A stretch of DNA of 64,000 bases from Octopus sinensis (taxonomy: Eukaryota): NCBI RefSeq assembly GCF_006345805.1, contig NC_043003.1, positions 27,652,001 through 27,716,000 of the forward strand, given 5' to 3'. The stretch's first letter is position 1. Every line of letters begins with the position of its first letter. A program made the position numbers and the translations under genes. The notes under the pieces are model-generated. The model was given only the letters and a program-made list of their open reading frames with translations. It ran no database searches and was not told the DNA's origin. Below are positions 39,268 to 52,980 of the stretch, piece after piece.

Positions 39268-39611
39268 TAGTCTGACAATAGCTCAGCTGGCCAAAACTTT
39301 GAAGTCACTGTCAACAACATTCTTGTATAAGAATAAGAAATTTGTACTTCATAAAAGTGTAGAGTAATGTAAAATTGCTTTTATTATAACATAAAAACAA
39401 ACATCAATAGATGCACACACACACACACAACATATATTCATGTTTGTTCACATTTCTCCAAAGGAGGTCAAGTGTTTAAAACTTTGGATTTTTCACTCTT
39501 TCCGGCAAATTAACAACTGTACGTCATTTTTATTTTTATCCAAGCACTAATACGGATGAACTTTTAGCTATTAGCTTCCTTTGATTATGGAATATATATA
39601 CACACACACAC

Positions 39612-39658
<47 letters not shown>

Positions 39659-40696
39659 CATATATGTTAAAAACAAGGACACCGGACAGTAAGAAAATAA
39701 GAATTGAGCATCCAACAATTTTAGGTTCATTGTGGGTTGATGCGAATATGTATGTATGTATGAATCTATGTTTGTATGTGTGTGTGAGAGACTTTTAGGA
39801 CATTCAACCATAGAAACCATGCCAAAAGAGCCATTTGGAGTTTGAACAGCACCCCGGCTGGCCAGCTCCTGTCAAACTGTCCAACCTATGCCAGCATGGA
39901 AAATCGTTGTTAAAGAATGATGATGATGATGATGATTTAGGTGTAGAAATCGATGCCAAAGCAGAGATGAAAACTTGGCACAGTTCCTTGGCTTGTTGGC
40001 TCCTGTCAATCCATCCAACCCATGCCAGCATGGAACACAGGCGTTTCATTATGATAATAAAAGCTGATAATATAAATGTTGGCTGGTTGGTTGTTTCACT
40101 GATATCTCCAGTTAGGCTTTACATTGTATAGAGAAAGGAACAAAAGTAAGAGAGATACAGAAAGAGTTAACATAAGAGGTGTAAGATGAGTGCACATGAG
40201 AAGCTTGGTAACAGTCACTGAGTAGAGAATGTAACATACACACAGAGTGAGAGAGACAGAGAATCAATGAAACACAAAGAAGAGAGGGTAAATAACAGGA
40301 TAGTAATGGGATGAGTTATACACGAGAACATTGCTTTATGTCAATTTATTTTAAGGTAATAAGTATTTTTCATATAAAAATTAGCATTTATTTCATCATT
40401 TTCTATGAATGCCAAAAGATTTAGACACACATACACATGCACAAATGTACATAAGCTGTACACAAATTCAACATAAGACATAAAAATGATATCTTCTTAC
40501 GTTACGTATATAAATATGTATATACATATTTACATACATACACACACATGTGTGTGTGTGTGTGAACAAGCATACACATATATAAAGGCTTTACAGTTTG
40601 GGATGATTATGTAAGAGATAACCACTCTTGCAGAATTGAAATTATACAAGTGGCTTTTGTATATATGTATGTGTGTGTGTCTATATATATATATAT

Positions 40697-40755
<59 letters not shown>

Positions 40756-41821
40756 TATATGTATACACACATATTTATATATATACATATACACATACAT
40801 ATATACATATATACATATATACATACACACATACACACACACACACAGATATATAGCGTCATGAATGTTGTTGGTGTTGTTGTTGTTGCTGCTGGCATAA
40901 TCATCAGCTCCAACACTTCATGTTTGTTTTCCATGTTGGTATGTGTTGAATAGTTTCATTGCTGTGCTCCTAAATGGATCGGAACACCACATGCTGCTTT
41001 TAAATTTCCTTTTTTGCCATGGTTTCTACAGCTGGATACCTTTCCTTACACCAACCACATTACAGAGTGTACGAAATGCATTTTTTTTTTGTTGCACTAA
41101 TACATGGAAGGTTGGCACATTTTCAACAGAACTGTATAAATAGATAGTTATGTATCAGTTTATCTATACCTCAGTCTGTCCATCCATCCATCAATATATA
41201 TATATATAACACATGATCACGTGACTGACCAGGCTATCAGATGTTGCTACACATCGCTGGTCACAATGTGCTTTGCATTGTTTTGTTAGCCTTCAAATGA
41301 TGCCACCCCGCTGGCTAAGCAAGCAGGCCAACAGAAGAAAGAGTGAGAGAAAGTTGAGGTGAGAGAGTACAGCAGGGATCGCTACCACCCCCTGCTGGAG
41401 CCCCATGGAGCTTTAGGTGTTTTCACTCAATAAACACCCACAACACCCGGTCTGGGGATCGAAACCGCGATGCTACGACCGTGATTCCACTGCCCTAACC
41501 ACTGGACCATTGTGCCTACACACACACACACACATATATATATGGAGCAAAATATTCAGGAGAAAATATTTGCAAAGATATCACTGACTTTATTATTATC
41601 TTGAGATTGTCTAGCCAGTTTACCTTTGGATGGTTGATTTCTGTAGTTACTATCAGTGAATTTTGGCGCTTTAAATAAGTGTTTTGACTGTCATTTCCAG
41701 CAGATAGACATACTTAGTATGTCCTTTGATTAATTTTAATCCTTCAGCTAGATGTATGTATATATATATATATATATATATATCTACATTCCCTATATAA
41801 TTCATATATAAATAAAGATAA

Positions 41822-42157
41822 AAAGACCCCCTTCCATCATGAATGACCATGGGATTGCACCAAGAAAGCTCCCCTCCAAGGTACATGTCTGGACAAGGTT
41901 GTTTATAGAAGACCAGCAGTCAGCAATGCATACCAGCCTCCCCTCTCCATGCCACCAATGTTATCCAAGGGAAAAACAAAGGCCGATACAGCTTGGCACC
42001 AGTGATGTTGCAACTCAATTCTACAGCTGACTGAACTGGAGTAAGATAAAATAAAGTATCTTGCTCAAGAACACAACACACAGCCCAATCCAGGAATTGA
42101 ACTCACTACCTCATGATTGTGAGCCTGACACACTAACCACTGAGCTATGTGCCTTCA
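41822..42157 (-). mobile_element. tRNA-derived SINE family E
   Basis: Minus strand head GGCACATAGCTCAGTGGTTAG...GAGTTCAATTCC, body TGTGTTCTTGAGCAAGATACTT, tail CATGGTCATTCATGATGGAAGGGGGTC; second copy at 45808-46142. Confidence 0.75.
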
Positions 42158-42485
42158 CTATAATATATATATATTATAAAGAGAGAGTGAAAGAGAGAAA
42201 GAGATAATCAGTCAGATGAATAGATAGATGATAGAGAAATATCATGTTAACAAGCCTTAATCTAGAAATTATAAAATTTTGCTCCTGACCACCCCCCTGC
42301 TGCCACCAGTACCAGCACCACCCCTGTCACTGACAACAACATTATCAGTATCCAATTTTGGGTTGATCCTGTTGCTTATATGAATTACATAAAAGTGCAC
42401 TTGATGTGTTACCCTGACAAATCAACATCCAACATCATCATTATCATCACCACTGCTAACGCCAGCTCCCTCATGCAACTTCTTT

Positions 42486-42880
42486 TTATTTATCAACCCT
42501 CACCATCACCACTACCACTATGACCACTGACACCACTGCCTGCAATATCATCATTATCATCATCGCTTTTGTTAAGATCATCTTTGTTGTAGTCATCATT
42601 GTCATCATTATCATCATCACCACCATCATCATAATTGTCATTATCAACCTCATCATCATCATAAATGTCATTATCAACCTCATCATCATCATCATCATAA
42701 TTGTCATTATCAACCTCATCATCATCATCATGTCATCATCATCATCACTCATCATCATAATTATCATTATCAACCTCATCATCATCATCATCATCATTGC
42801 TGTCATCTTCATCACCGTCATCATCATCATCATCATTGACTTCATCACTACCATTGCCACATTCAACATTTACCACTACT
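42486..42880. repeat. (ATC)n-based minisatellite with CATTATCAACCTC(ATC)n units
   Basis: Seen directly. Confidence 0.9.
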
Positions 42881-42933
42881 AAATCAACATCATCAGAAAT
42901 ATGAGTGCCGCCCATGTCCACTAAAATGCACAA

Positions 42934-42968
<35 letters not shown>

Positions 42969-43499
42969 GTATGTATTCATTTACTGTAAACAAGATCCAA
43001 AAATATAATACTAACAATATCAGATTGCATAAGACAGACTTTGTTTACAAATATGTTGCAAAGCAGGCAAGTTTTAGACAAGGAAGGAATTGGGGTGGAA
43101 GGGAGAGGGGATATGAGGGACAGGGAGAGGCAAAAAGAAAATGAGAGAGAGAAACAAAAACTAAATATGTATATATATATGTATTTGTATGTGTGTGTAT
43201 ACGTATGTGTGAGATGTGTGGCTATATATATATTTACATACAGATATATATGTGTTTGTGTGATTGTATGTAGAGCATGGATGTGGCTATATATATATAT
43301 ATATATGTACAGGAGAGTATTGTAGTTTGCTTGAAGCATTGTGTATTGCTTGTAAAGAATATCTGGAGAAGGAATTTTATTCTGAAATATCATCAGACTA
43401 TGGATAACTAAATTACAATAGGTATATAGCCCAATGTATTATAGTGCATTGTTGTACCATTCAAAACTTTTTATTCTTTATACACACACACATGTCTAT

Positions 43500-43940
43500 A
43501 CATCATCATCATTGTTTAGCATCCGCTTTCCATGCTAGAATGGGATGGATGGTTCAACTGGGGTCTGGGAAGCCAGAAGGCTGCACCAGACGCAGTCTGA
43601 TCTGGCAATGTTTCTATGGCTGGATGCCCTTCCTAACGCCAACCACTCCATGAGTGTAGTGGGTGCTTTTTACGTGCCAGACAAGGCTGGCAAACAGCCA
43701 CAATCGGATGGTGCTTTTTACGTGCAACTGGCACGGGGGCCAGGCGAGGCTGGCAACGGCCACAATCAGATGGTGCTTTTTACATGCCACCGGCACGAAG
43801 CCAGTTGGGGTGGCGCTGGCAACGGCCACGTTCAGATGGTTCTCTTATGTACCACCGGCACTGGTATCACAGCTGCAATTTCCATTCATTGATGTTGATC
43901 GATTTCGATTTTCACTTGCCTCAACAGGTCTTCACAAGTA
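43500..43940 (-). mobile_element. Family C retroposon, longest copy in the window
   Basis: Includes the 5' extension GAAAATCGAAATCGATCAAC...GAAATTGCAGCTGTGATACC shared with the 19604 copy. Confidence 0.8.
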
Positions 43941-43963
43941 GAGGTCTTCACACGTATGTATAT

Positions 43964-44812
43964 TAGGCGTCGGCAATCTAAACCAGGCTGCAGGCCACTG
44001 GGCCACGTCTAGGCCACCTTGCGGGCCGCACCACCCTCCCAAACCGAAAAAATAACAAAGATACAAAATCAATGAAAATAAATGCAAATTGAACCTTTAT
44101 TAAGACTTACAGTAATCACAATGTGAAATGATTAGTGTGAAGGCTGGTGATTCTTTGAAACAGATAGAGAGTCAATGTCCAGTTTGATGGACGAGGAGGC
44201 CAGAGGGAGAACACCTCGAAGATGAGCGTCTGTAAGCTGTTCTCTCGTCTTGTTCTTCGTCAGCTTCATGCAGCTGAACAGCTGCTTGCAGGAGTATGTG
44301 GACCCAAACAAGTGCTGGGAAAGCATGGGAGGCTGAGAGCAAGTGCCAGAACTCCATGGGTGATGCAAGCGCAAACTTTGCGTGGTGGCTCTCTGAGCAC
44401 TGGGACGCAATGAGCTCCAGCTGAAGGTCGTTGGCCACTTTCACAGAATCCACATCAAAGGGAGCGGAGAGCAGCTTGTGCTCCTCACAGGCGTGCACTT
44501 CTTTGAAGTGTCTCTCGAACTCGCCTCGCAGCTCAGACAGTATCAGACAAAAGGATGATTTCTTCTTTCTCTCTAACTCTATCAGAATTCTTCTCCAAAG
44601 TTACATTTATTCAGTGTCAGTATTATGAAAGTAGGACACTGTTCTGGCTGGGGAGAAGACGGCTGCTGATTGGCTCTGTTAAATTTGCCGTCGGTTCAAA
44701 AAACCCTACTGGGTCACAGGAAATGTCTCGCGGGCTGCACCTAATGGAAATCTGGACAAGGCACTGTGGGCTGCATGGGAGGAACTCACAGGCTACAGGT
44801 TGCTGACGCCTG
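43964..44812 (-). mobile_element. Internally deleted hAT DNA transposon (Charlie/SPIN/GTF2IRD2-like), 849 bp
   Basis: TIRs TAGGCGTCGGCAATCT / (rc) CAGGCGTCAGCAACCT; 8-bp TSD ATGTATAT/ATATATAT; frameshifted transposase C-terminus (about 44132-44547) ELRGEFERHF...SAPFDVD...FGSTYSCKQLFSCMKLTKNKTREQLTDAHL...QPSH*. Confidence 0.92.
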
Positions 44813-45464
44813 ATATATATAGTTATATGTATCTTTATACATATATATGGCACTCAGTCGGTTATCGTAATGGAGGTTCCAGTTGATCCAATTAACGGAA
44901 CAGCATGCTCATGAAATTAACATGCATATAGTTGAGCACTCCACAGACACACGAACCCATAATGTAGTTCTCAGGGAGAATCAGCATGACACAGGTTATG
45001 ACAAGGCTGGCAAAATTGAATAGTACCTGTAGCTCACTACAGGTACTATTCAATTTTGCCAGCTGAGTGAACTGGAGCAACGTGTGAAACAAAGTTTCTT
45101 ACTCCAGTTCACAGCAAGTCGCCAGGAATTGAACTCATGACCTTATGAATGTGAGCTGAATACCCTAACCACTAAGCCATATATCTTCACATATATATAT
45201 CTGTGTGTGTGTGTATGTGTTTTTGGGTGAGCATGTGTGTGTGGTGCGTTTATTACATGTATGAATTCATATAGATATGCATGTACACACACATATATAA
45301 GGTGCAGGCATGTCTGTGTGGTTAAGAAGATTACTTTGGGTTCAGTCTAATAGCACACCACTCAGACATCTTCTTTAATAGCCCTAGGCAGACCAATAAC
45401 TCGAACTTTTTAACCAGAACTGCATCTAAACTCAGTGCGTATATATATGTCTGTGTAAGGTAGG

Positions 45465-45690
45465 AAGCTGGCAGAAACGTTAGCATGCCGGACGAAATGC
45501 TTAGCAGTATTTCGTCTGCTGTTATGTTCTGAGTTCAAATTTTGCTGAGGTTGACTTTGCCTTTCATCCTTTCGGGGTCAATTACATAAGTACCAGTTAC
45601 ACGCTGGGGTTGATGTAATCAACTTAATCCCTTTGTCTGTCCATGTTTGGCTCCTCTATGTTTATCCCCCTGTAATAAGGAAATAAGTAT
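45465..45690 (+). mobile_element. SINE family B
   Basis: Matches the 5165 copy. Confidence 0.8.
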
Positions 45691-45807
45691 ATATGTGTGT
45701 GTGTATGCATACATCTTTGCGTTTGGCTCTAATCACTTGACAACCAGTGTTGGTTTGTTTACATCCCAGTAAAACAGCAGTTCAGAGAAATGTGGTCAAT
45801 GAAATTC

Positions 45808-46142
45808 TGAGACCCCCTTCGGTCATGACATTGACTATGGGATTGCACCTAGAAAGTTACCCTCCCAGGCACAAGTCCAGGCAAGGTTGTTTATGGAAGA
45901 CCAGCATTCGCCCATGCATACCGGCCTCCTCTCTCCCCACCACCAGTGTTATCCAAGGGAAAGGCAAGGGCCAATACAGCTTGGTATCTGTGACGTCGCA
46001 ACTCATTTCTACAGCTGAGTGAACTGGAGCAACGTGAAATAAAGTGTCTTGCTCAAGAACACAACACACAGCCTGGTCCAGGATTCGAGCTCACAACCTC
46101 ACGATCGTAAGCTCGATGCTCTACCCACTGAGCCATGTGGCT
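45808..46142 (-). mobile_element. SINE family E
   Basis: Matches the 41822 copy. Confidence 0.75.
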
Positions 46143-46683
46143 TTACAATGAAATACATACCAGACAAAGTAAGTACTGGGGTCAATTTGAACAACTAAAC
46201 TCTTCAACATGGGGCCCTAGCATGGCCTGAGTTCAATGACTTGAATAAGTAGAAGAATAAGAGCATGCATGTGGGTCTATATGTATGTCTATTTGCACAC
46301 ACACACATACACGCACACACACACATGCGCGTGCACACACACATGCACGCACACACACACACACACACACATTAAGCTTTTGCATGGAAAAGGCTGACAG
46401 AAACATCAAATTTTCAATTTGCTGGCTTTTAATATGATAAAGGCAAGCACAACTTTTTCCATCTAAAAGTTTTAATGAGCATTTTACTCTGCTGAAGGAT
46501 ATTGAGCAATCCTTCAGTTTAATTTTAAATTGCTTTTTTAAATCACTTAAAATTAAAACACACACACATGTGCGCACGTATGCGCATGCACATATATACA
46601 GACACGCACACACACTAACATGCGCACACAGGAAAACGTACATTTATGCTTATGTTCACATGCACATACACAAACTTACATCG

Positions 46684-46730
<47 letters not shown>

Positions 46731-46818
46731 AAGAGAAAGAGAGGGAGACTGAAAGAGATAGAAAAACATGCACATATGTTTATGCTGATCCCTGTTTGTT
46801 ATCTTGCACGATTCTGTG

Positions 46819-46853
<35 letters not shown>

Positions 46854-47902
46854 GTGCGTGCGCGTGCGTGCTGTGTGATGAAAAAAGAAACTGCTTACAA
46901 ACAGCCTGAACAAAACAAAAATGTTTTTCTTTCGAAATGCAACAACAACAACAACAACAGCAAAAACAGAAAGAGCAATGAAAGTACAAAAACACGGTAT
47001 CAGAAAGAGGTGGATTGGGGCAGGGGGGGGCAGGGTGTGTTTTGATGCTCAGAGTAGAGTTGTGATTCATTAGAAAGTTACATCTTCAATCAGTGACCAC
47101 CCACCCACCACCTCTCCCACCTCTCCACTCCATATCTGTTGGCACCCTGTTCACACTTCTACTGATACCTAGAATATTTAGAACAAAGTACAAGTACTTT
47201 TAAGAGTCCATAGCAATAGTAACGTTTCTCTCATGTTAGTAGACAGCAGGTGTATGTATATATCTATATCATCATCATTGTTTAATGTCCACTTTCCATG
47301 CTAGCATGGATTGGACAATTTAACTGAGGGCTGGCGAACCAGATGGCTGCACCAGGCTCCAATCTTGATCTGGCAGATTCTACAGCTGGATGCCCTTCCT
47401 AACACCAACCACTTCGAGAGTGTAGTGGGTGTCTTTACGTGCCACTGGCACTGGGGCCAGTCAGGTGGCACTAGCAATGACCTTGCTGATAATGATCACG
47501 CTTGAATGGTGCCTTTTACGTGCCACCAGCATGGAAGCCAGTTAGCCACTCTTAGCACCCTACTAGCATGTGGCGCAAGTGCCAGTAATGCGACACTGGT
47601 AACGATCACACTCAAATGGTGCCTTTTATGTGCCACTGGCATGGAAGCTGGTTAGCCGCTCTGTCAACGACATATATATATATATGAACAATAATAAATC
47701 TCTGAGCGAGGTATAAACAGTGGCTGCACGACATCATGAAGTATATTTGCCACTTAAATGTAGCTAACCCTTAAGGGTGGATGCTACTGTAGCTTGTAGC
47801 CCCAGGAAGACACCTCCTCCAGCTGGCTATAGACACACTTTCTGTGCCCTATCAGTATTTGCAAAGGGAAGTCATCCTTCCCATTTTCAACCTGACGAGA
47901 TA

Positions 47903-47947
47903 CACACGGACTCGAGTTTCTGGATATTGAACCGTCATCAGCGTGTG
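47903..47947 (-). ncRNA. Minimal type-I hammerhead ribozyme with a canonical core and palindromic stem III, in a repeat spanning about 47686-47970
   Basis: CACACG-CTGATGA-CGGTTCAATATCCA-GAA-ACTCGAGT-C-CGTGTG: perfect 6-bp stem I, GUC triplet, ACTCGAGT palindrome. Confidence 0.75.
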
Positions 47948-48707
47948 ACAATCACCGATTGTCAATGACACACACACATGTTTTATTATGGTCAACTCAG
48001 TCTCTTGTTTGTCTGGAAACACTGTGCTCCCACAGGTGAAACTCAGAGTAGCAAGAGATTGACTTGGTCACAATAAAATTTATCATTAATTTCTACTATA
48101 GTTTTAATTACTATTTTTTCCACCACCACCCACCCACCCACCCATCAATCCATCCAAACACACACACTCGTATATATAAATATATATATATATATATATA
48201 AATCTGTGGTGGTGAGGGAACCTATCCAATAATTTTAAGAAGGAGAATTTTAACACCATTGTGGGAATAGAACACGTGGATAAACTACAGAAACTATCAG
48301 GACAGCAGACATCTGCTATTTCATTCTTCAACTGCCAAAGTGAAGAAAGTGAATTCTTAGGAATGATGTAAACAAAACTATTAATAGTACAAATATGTTT
48401 ATGCCATGGTAGAAAGTTATCAACTGAGGTTTAAAAACAAGTTAATGAACCAGCTGAGTGTGGTTATGAAGAAATATAAAAATAAAATACAATAACACAC
48501 ACACATGTTTACATGCTACTATTAATAACTCTATGTGTGAGGCTTGAGACACAGCTTTCCTCAAAAGAACATATGTATGTATATATACATTCACACTTAT
48601 ATATGTACATATGTGATGTATATATATATATATATATACTGTCACTATGATTGATCACTAAATCCACAAGTTTTTTTCATTCTCTCTCTGTTTATTTCCT
48701 CGTGTTC

Positions 48708-48743
48708 TTTTCTGATGAAGATCATAGGCTCGAAACGTAAAAG
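48708..48743 (+). ncRNA. Minimal type-I hammerhead-like motif with a canonical core
   Basis: TTTT-CTGATGA-A-GATC-ATAG-GCTC-GAA-ACGT-A-AAAG, followed by about 95 nt ending TTCAAC(TA)n. Confidence 0.6.
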
Positions 48744-49027
48744 ACTCTCTCACTTAACCAAGTGTCAAACTAATACTCCTGCTTATTGTTTATACACCTG
48801 TCTTCATCTTTTGTTTTTCTGTAAATTTCAACTATATATACATATATATCTGTATGTATGTATGTATGTATGTATGTTATCATCATCATCGTTTAACGTC
48901 CGCTTTCCATGCTAGCATGGGTTGGACGATTTGACTGAGGGCTGGCGAACCAGATGGCTGCACCAGGCTCCAATCTTGATCTGGCTGAGTTTCTACACAC
49001 ACACACATATATATATATATCTGTATG

Positions 49028-49093
<66 letters not shown>

Positions 49094-49293
49094 ATATAAT
49101 AATAATAATAATAATACTAACAACAACAATAATCTTTCGTATTAGAGGGCACAAAGCCTGAAATTTGGTGGACGGGGACTAGTCGATTACCCCCCCCCCC
49201 CTCCCACCCGTGTTTCACTGGTACTTAATTTATCAACCCTGAAAGGATGAAAGGGAAAGTCAACCTCAGCAGAACTTGAACTCAGAATGTAAA

Positions 49294-49470
49294 TTTTCGT
49301 CACTTTGAAACTGTGAAAATATTTGACACAAATTAAATCTAAATGTTGAAGTGAATCTAACGTTTTTTTTTTGTGTTCTTGGCTTATAAACGTCTTCCAC
49401 ACTGCAATTGTTTTTGTTTCAGCACACGATCTCAGATCAAGTCACTTGCTATGCAAGTACATCTTCATAA
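49294..49470 (+). mobile_element. Truncated copy of the 28414 foldback family, ending in (TA)n
   Basis: Short inverted stub TTTTCGTCACTTTGA joined to GAAAATATTTGACA...GTCACTTGCTATGCAAGTACATCTTCATAA(TA)n. Confidence 0.8.
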
Positions 49471-50484
49471 TATATATATATATATACATACACACACACA
49501 CATATGATAGAGACAGAAAATGGAATACTCGGGAAACGTTATAACTCGCAATGATTGCTTTGACACATCCTGCATTAACCCCTTAGTGTACTACTAAGAA
49601 AATGCCCAACACTTACAGATATATATGTATGTATAAATATTTTATATATTTTTTTATGAGTCCAAAACAAATCAAGTTATAAAGAATTAATAATACAGAT
49701 CAATGATTAGTGCTGGTATTTCAAATTTATGGAGAAAAGGTGTTGATAGGTATTGTACTAACCATCAATTTGGATTGTTTTGGCATTACATAAAAATATA
49801 TTTACAATATATATATACATATATACATACATACATCGTCCGGCACCTGTGTCAGTGGCATGTAAAAAGCACCCACTACACTCACGGAGCGGTTGGCGTT
49901 AGGAAGGGCATCCAGCTGTAGAAACACTGCCAGATCTGACTGGCCTGATGCAGCCTTCGGGCTTCCCAGACCCCAGTTGAACCGTCCAACCCATGCTAGC
50001 ATGGAGGGCGGACGTTAAACGATGATGATGATGATGATATATATATATCAAGCATGCTTCATGTAAATTATATTACTCTACTATACATAAAGACAGTGCT
50101 CCAGCATGGCCGCAATAAAATGACTGAAACAAATAAAAGAATATGTGCGTCTTTGTTTGTGTGTGTGTGTGATTGAAGGAGCTCTATTCAAAGGTGAAGG
50201 CTTATCAAAAGTGAAGCACACCAAATATGATAGCTAGGTAGTATGACACACACACACAGACACTCACAATCCACTCCTTAAGTGAAGTGGTCATCAATGA
50301 AGGGAAGTTCACTGGTGTTTGGTAATCTGCAAATTCAGAAGTATCCAAAATAGAGTCGAACTTTCAGTGTGGTATAATATAATAATAAAAAGACAGACAA
50401 ACAGATTAGATGGTCTTTATGATGTAACATTGTACATTCAGTTAAGCAAGACATGCAACAACCATAAGATTATGAAGTACATCA

Positions 50485-50868
50485 TCTCTCTATATATAAA
50501 CGGCAGTTTGTCTGTGTGCGTGTCTGTGTGTCTGTCAGGTTGTACCCTCACCCTGACCATGGCTTTCAACCGATTCTGATGAAACTTGACACACACATAG
50601 CCCAATGTCATAATTCAAAACTAACGCAGCGAAAATTTTGAAAAGTTCCCCCAGTTCTGAAAAAAATCGATAAATTCGACATGGGGTCGAGAATCAGAAA
50701 CACAAACCACAGACTGTCTAGGGGACGCAACTCGACCTTTTTAACTCTCAAAAAAAATTTACCATAATTTTTTTTCCATTTTTTTGCTATCTTTTGGCTA
50801 TAACTCTCTAAAAATGCTTTATAGTTATTTCCCTTACGAACCCGAGCAACGCCGGGCGATACTGCTAG
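50485..50868 (+). mobile_element. Non-autonomous Helitron, complete (about 384 bp)
   Basis: A|TC 5' end (TCTCTCTATATATAAA), subterminal hairpin CCCGAGC-AAC-GCCGGG, 3' CTAG|T, no TSD. Confidence 0.85.
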
Positions 50869-51464
50869 TTATATAATAACCACAAATCCATAGGCAGGTT
50901 CAACAACATATATATAAATATATATATGTATGTATATGTATATAAAAAATACAAAATGGGACAAGAACGCAAAACATCTAGACAGTTAGGTGATACAAGA
51001 AAGGGACAACAAAACATCCAGATAGATGATACAAAGAAAATAAGGACGGATCATTCAGAGTTTCTTTCCTCAGTCGAGTTCCAGATTATCTTTGCAATTT
51101 CAGCTGGTTATACTCAAGATTGCTCCAATTTGGCGAGCCCTAAGGAAAAAAACTAAGCTAAGAGCATTAGATTCCTTGGAAGTAAGCAGCGAATGTATAC
51201 GAAAACAAGGATGGAAAAAAACGGAGAAAGTTACACAAATACAAATGTGTGAAAATTTATGTTATGTTTGCAGTTTCAGATATTTGAGTGACACTTCATC
51301 AGACTTGCAACCTTACAGTGTGCGTCTTCCAGACATAGTTTTTTTTTTAATGCTTGTATTGGAAGGAAACAAAATGTAAATAAAAGTACGGTTAGGGGAT
51401 GAATAATTAGTAGAGAGATCATGTGGGACGGGGGAGGAGGTAGAGATGCTAAGGACATTAATAA

Positions 51465-51557
51465 ATTGGGCAAGTGTCTTTTACAATGGCCTCGGGTCGA
51501 CCAAAGCCTTGTGAGTGGATTTGGTAGGCGGAAACTGAAAGAAGCCCGTCGTATATA

Positions 51558-51600
<43 letters not shown>

Positions 51601-51792
51601 CTGTGTTTGTGTCTGTGTTTGTCTCCCCAACATTGCTTGACAACCGATGCTGGTGTGTTTACTTAGCGGTTTGGCAAAAGAGGCCGATAAAATAAGTACT
51701 AGGCTTACAAAGAATAAGTCCTGGGGTCGATTTGCTCGACTGAAGGCGGTGCTCCAGCATGGCCACAGTCAAATGACTGAAACAAGTAAGAG
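51465..51792 (+). mobile_element. SINE family A, 5'-truncated
   Basis: Body and tail match the 14457 copy. Confidence 0.8.
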
Positions 51793-52320
51793 TATAGCAA
51801 ATCAGTTCATCTGGATTTAAAAGATTCTCAGAATGGTCAGTCAGTACAACCTTGTCACTAATACCAAATTGCGTTCGATGGATGAAAAATTATTTCAGTT
51901 TACCTAGATGTATGTATATACGCACACTGGATGTATGTACATATACATCTGTAGATTAATTACAAGCTTGTATTAGTTTTAGTCTACTAAATTCACGCAT
52001 AAGTCTTTTGTCTACTTGGTGCTTTAGTGGAAAGTATTTGCCCAAGGTGCCATGCAGTGGGACTGAACTCAAAACCTCAAGGAGGGAGGTAAGATCTTAA
52101 CCACACTGCTATCCCTATGTTTTTTAGGCGAAATAAACATCAGACATGCTTTGCCCCACACAGAGACTGCAGGAGACACTCAAGTTTTGCAAGCTTTAGA
52201 AGAGCTTGCAAAACCTCTGAGTATCTCCTGCAGTTTTCACATACACAAAGATACAATGTGTTTTATAGTCTTTCTGTAAATGAAACGAAGTTTTTTTTTT
52301 ATATTAAAGTGAAACATATT

Positions 52321-52980
52321 CATAATTAACTAAGGTGGGGAAAAAGTAGGGGACGAGAAAACATTTGAAGGAAAAGAAAAGATTATGAACCAAGGGAAAT
52401 AACTCAACATCAAGTGAGCGGAGTGTTTGGCAAGATATTTCTTCCGTAGAAGTGAACACCGGCTCCTCAGCAGCTGTTCTCGTGTAATTAGCATTTCGAT
52501 TACGTATACATACAGGCCGTTCTTATACAACAGAGTCGGAATTTATCTAGTCTAGTATGCCCCAAACAGTAATTTCTGGGTATGTTTCAAGTATCGTAGA
52601 TTATGACTGTGCAGAAGAAAAAAAAAGTCATTAAAGAAATATATATATAGGGTGCAAAAGGGGATATTTTGCCCGATTTCTTTCCCGTTAATTTTTTTCA
52701 GCTTTGACTTCCCTTCGACAATTTTTTTTTTCCTGATTTGTATTGTAAAGCAGGGTTTCCCTACAACTAGGCTGCTAAGCAGTACTAGGACGTGGGTCAT
52801 TTAGAAAGAGGTGACAGAGAAAAAGAAATTCTCCCTTCATTTTTTTCTTTTTTACAAAATCGTAATCTACGATACTAAAAACATATACGTCCGAAAAAAT
52901 TATTGTTTTCAGCGAGCTTGGTAATTTCCGACTCTATTCTACAGGAATGCCGACATATATTCGTCTTAACCCATTGCTAT
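52321..52980 (-). promoter_or_regulatory. CpG-retaining unique region: putative promoter and non-coding first exon of the TBC1D1/4-like gene
   Basis: About 22 CpG in 660 bp by hand count versus about 1 in 16561-17220; minus-strand donor CCT|GTATGT at 52514/52513. Confidence 0.4.

Noticed and set aside
50930-51310. Repeat with CTGAGGA..GAAA and CTGATGA..GAAA on the minus strand (about 51055-51075 and 51270-51302)
   Set aside because: Stems I and II cannot be closed convincingly; at most decayed members of the hammerhead-bearing class
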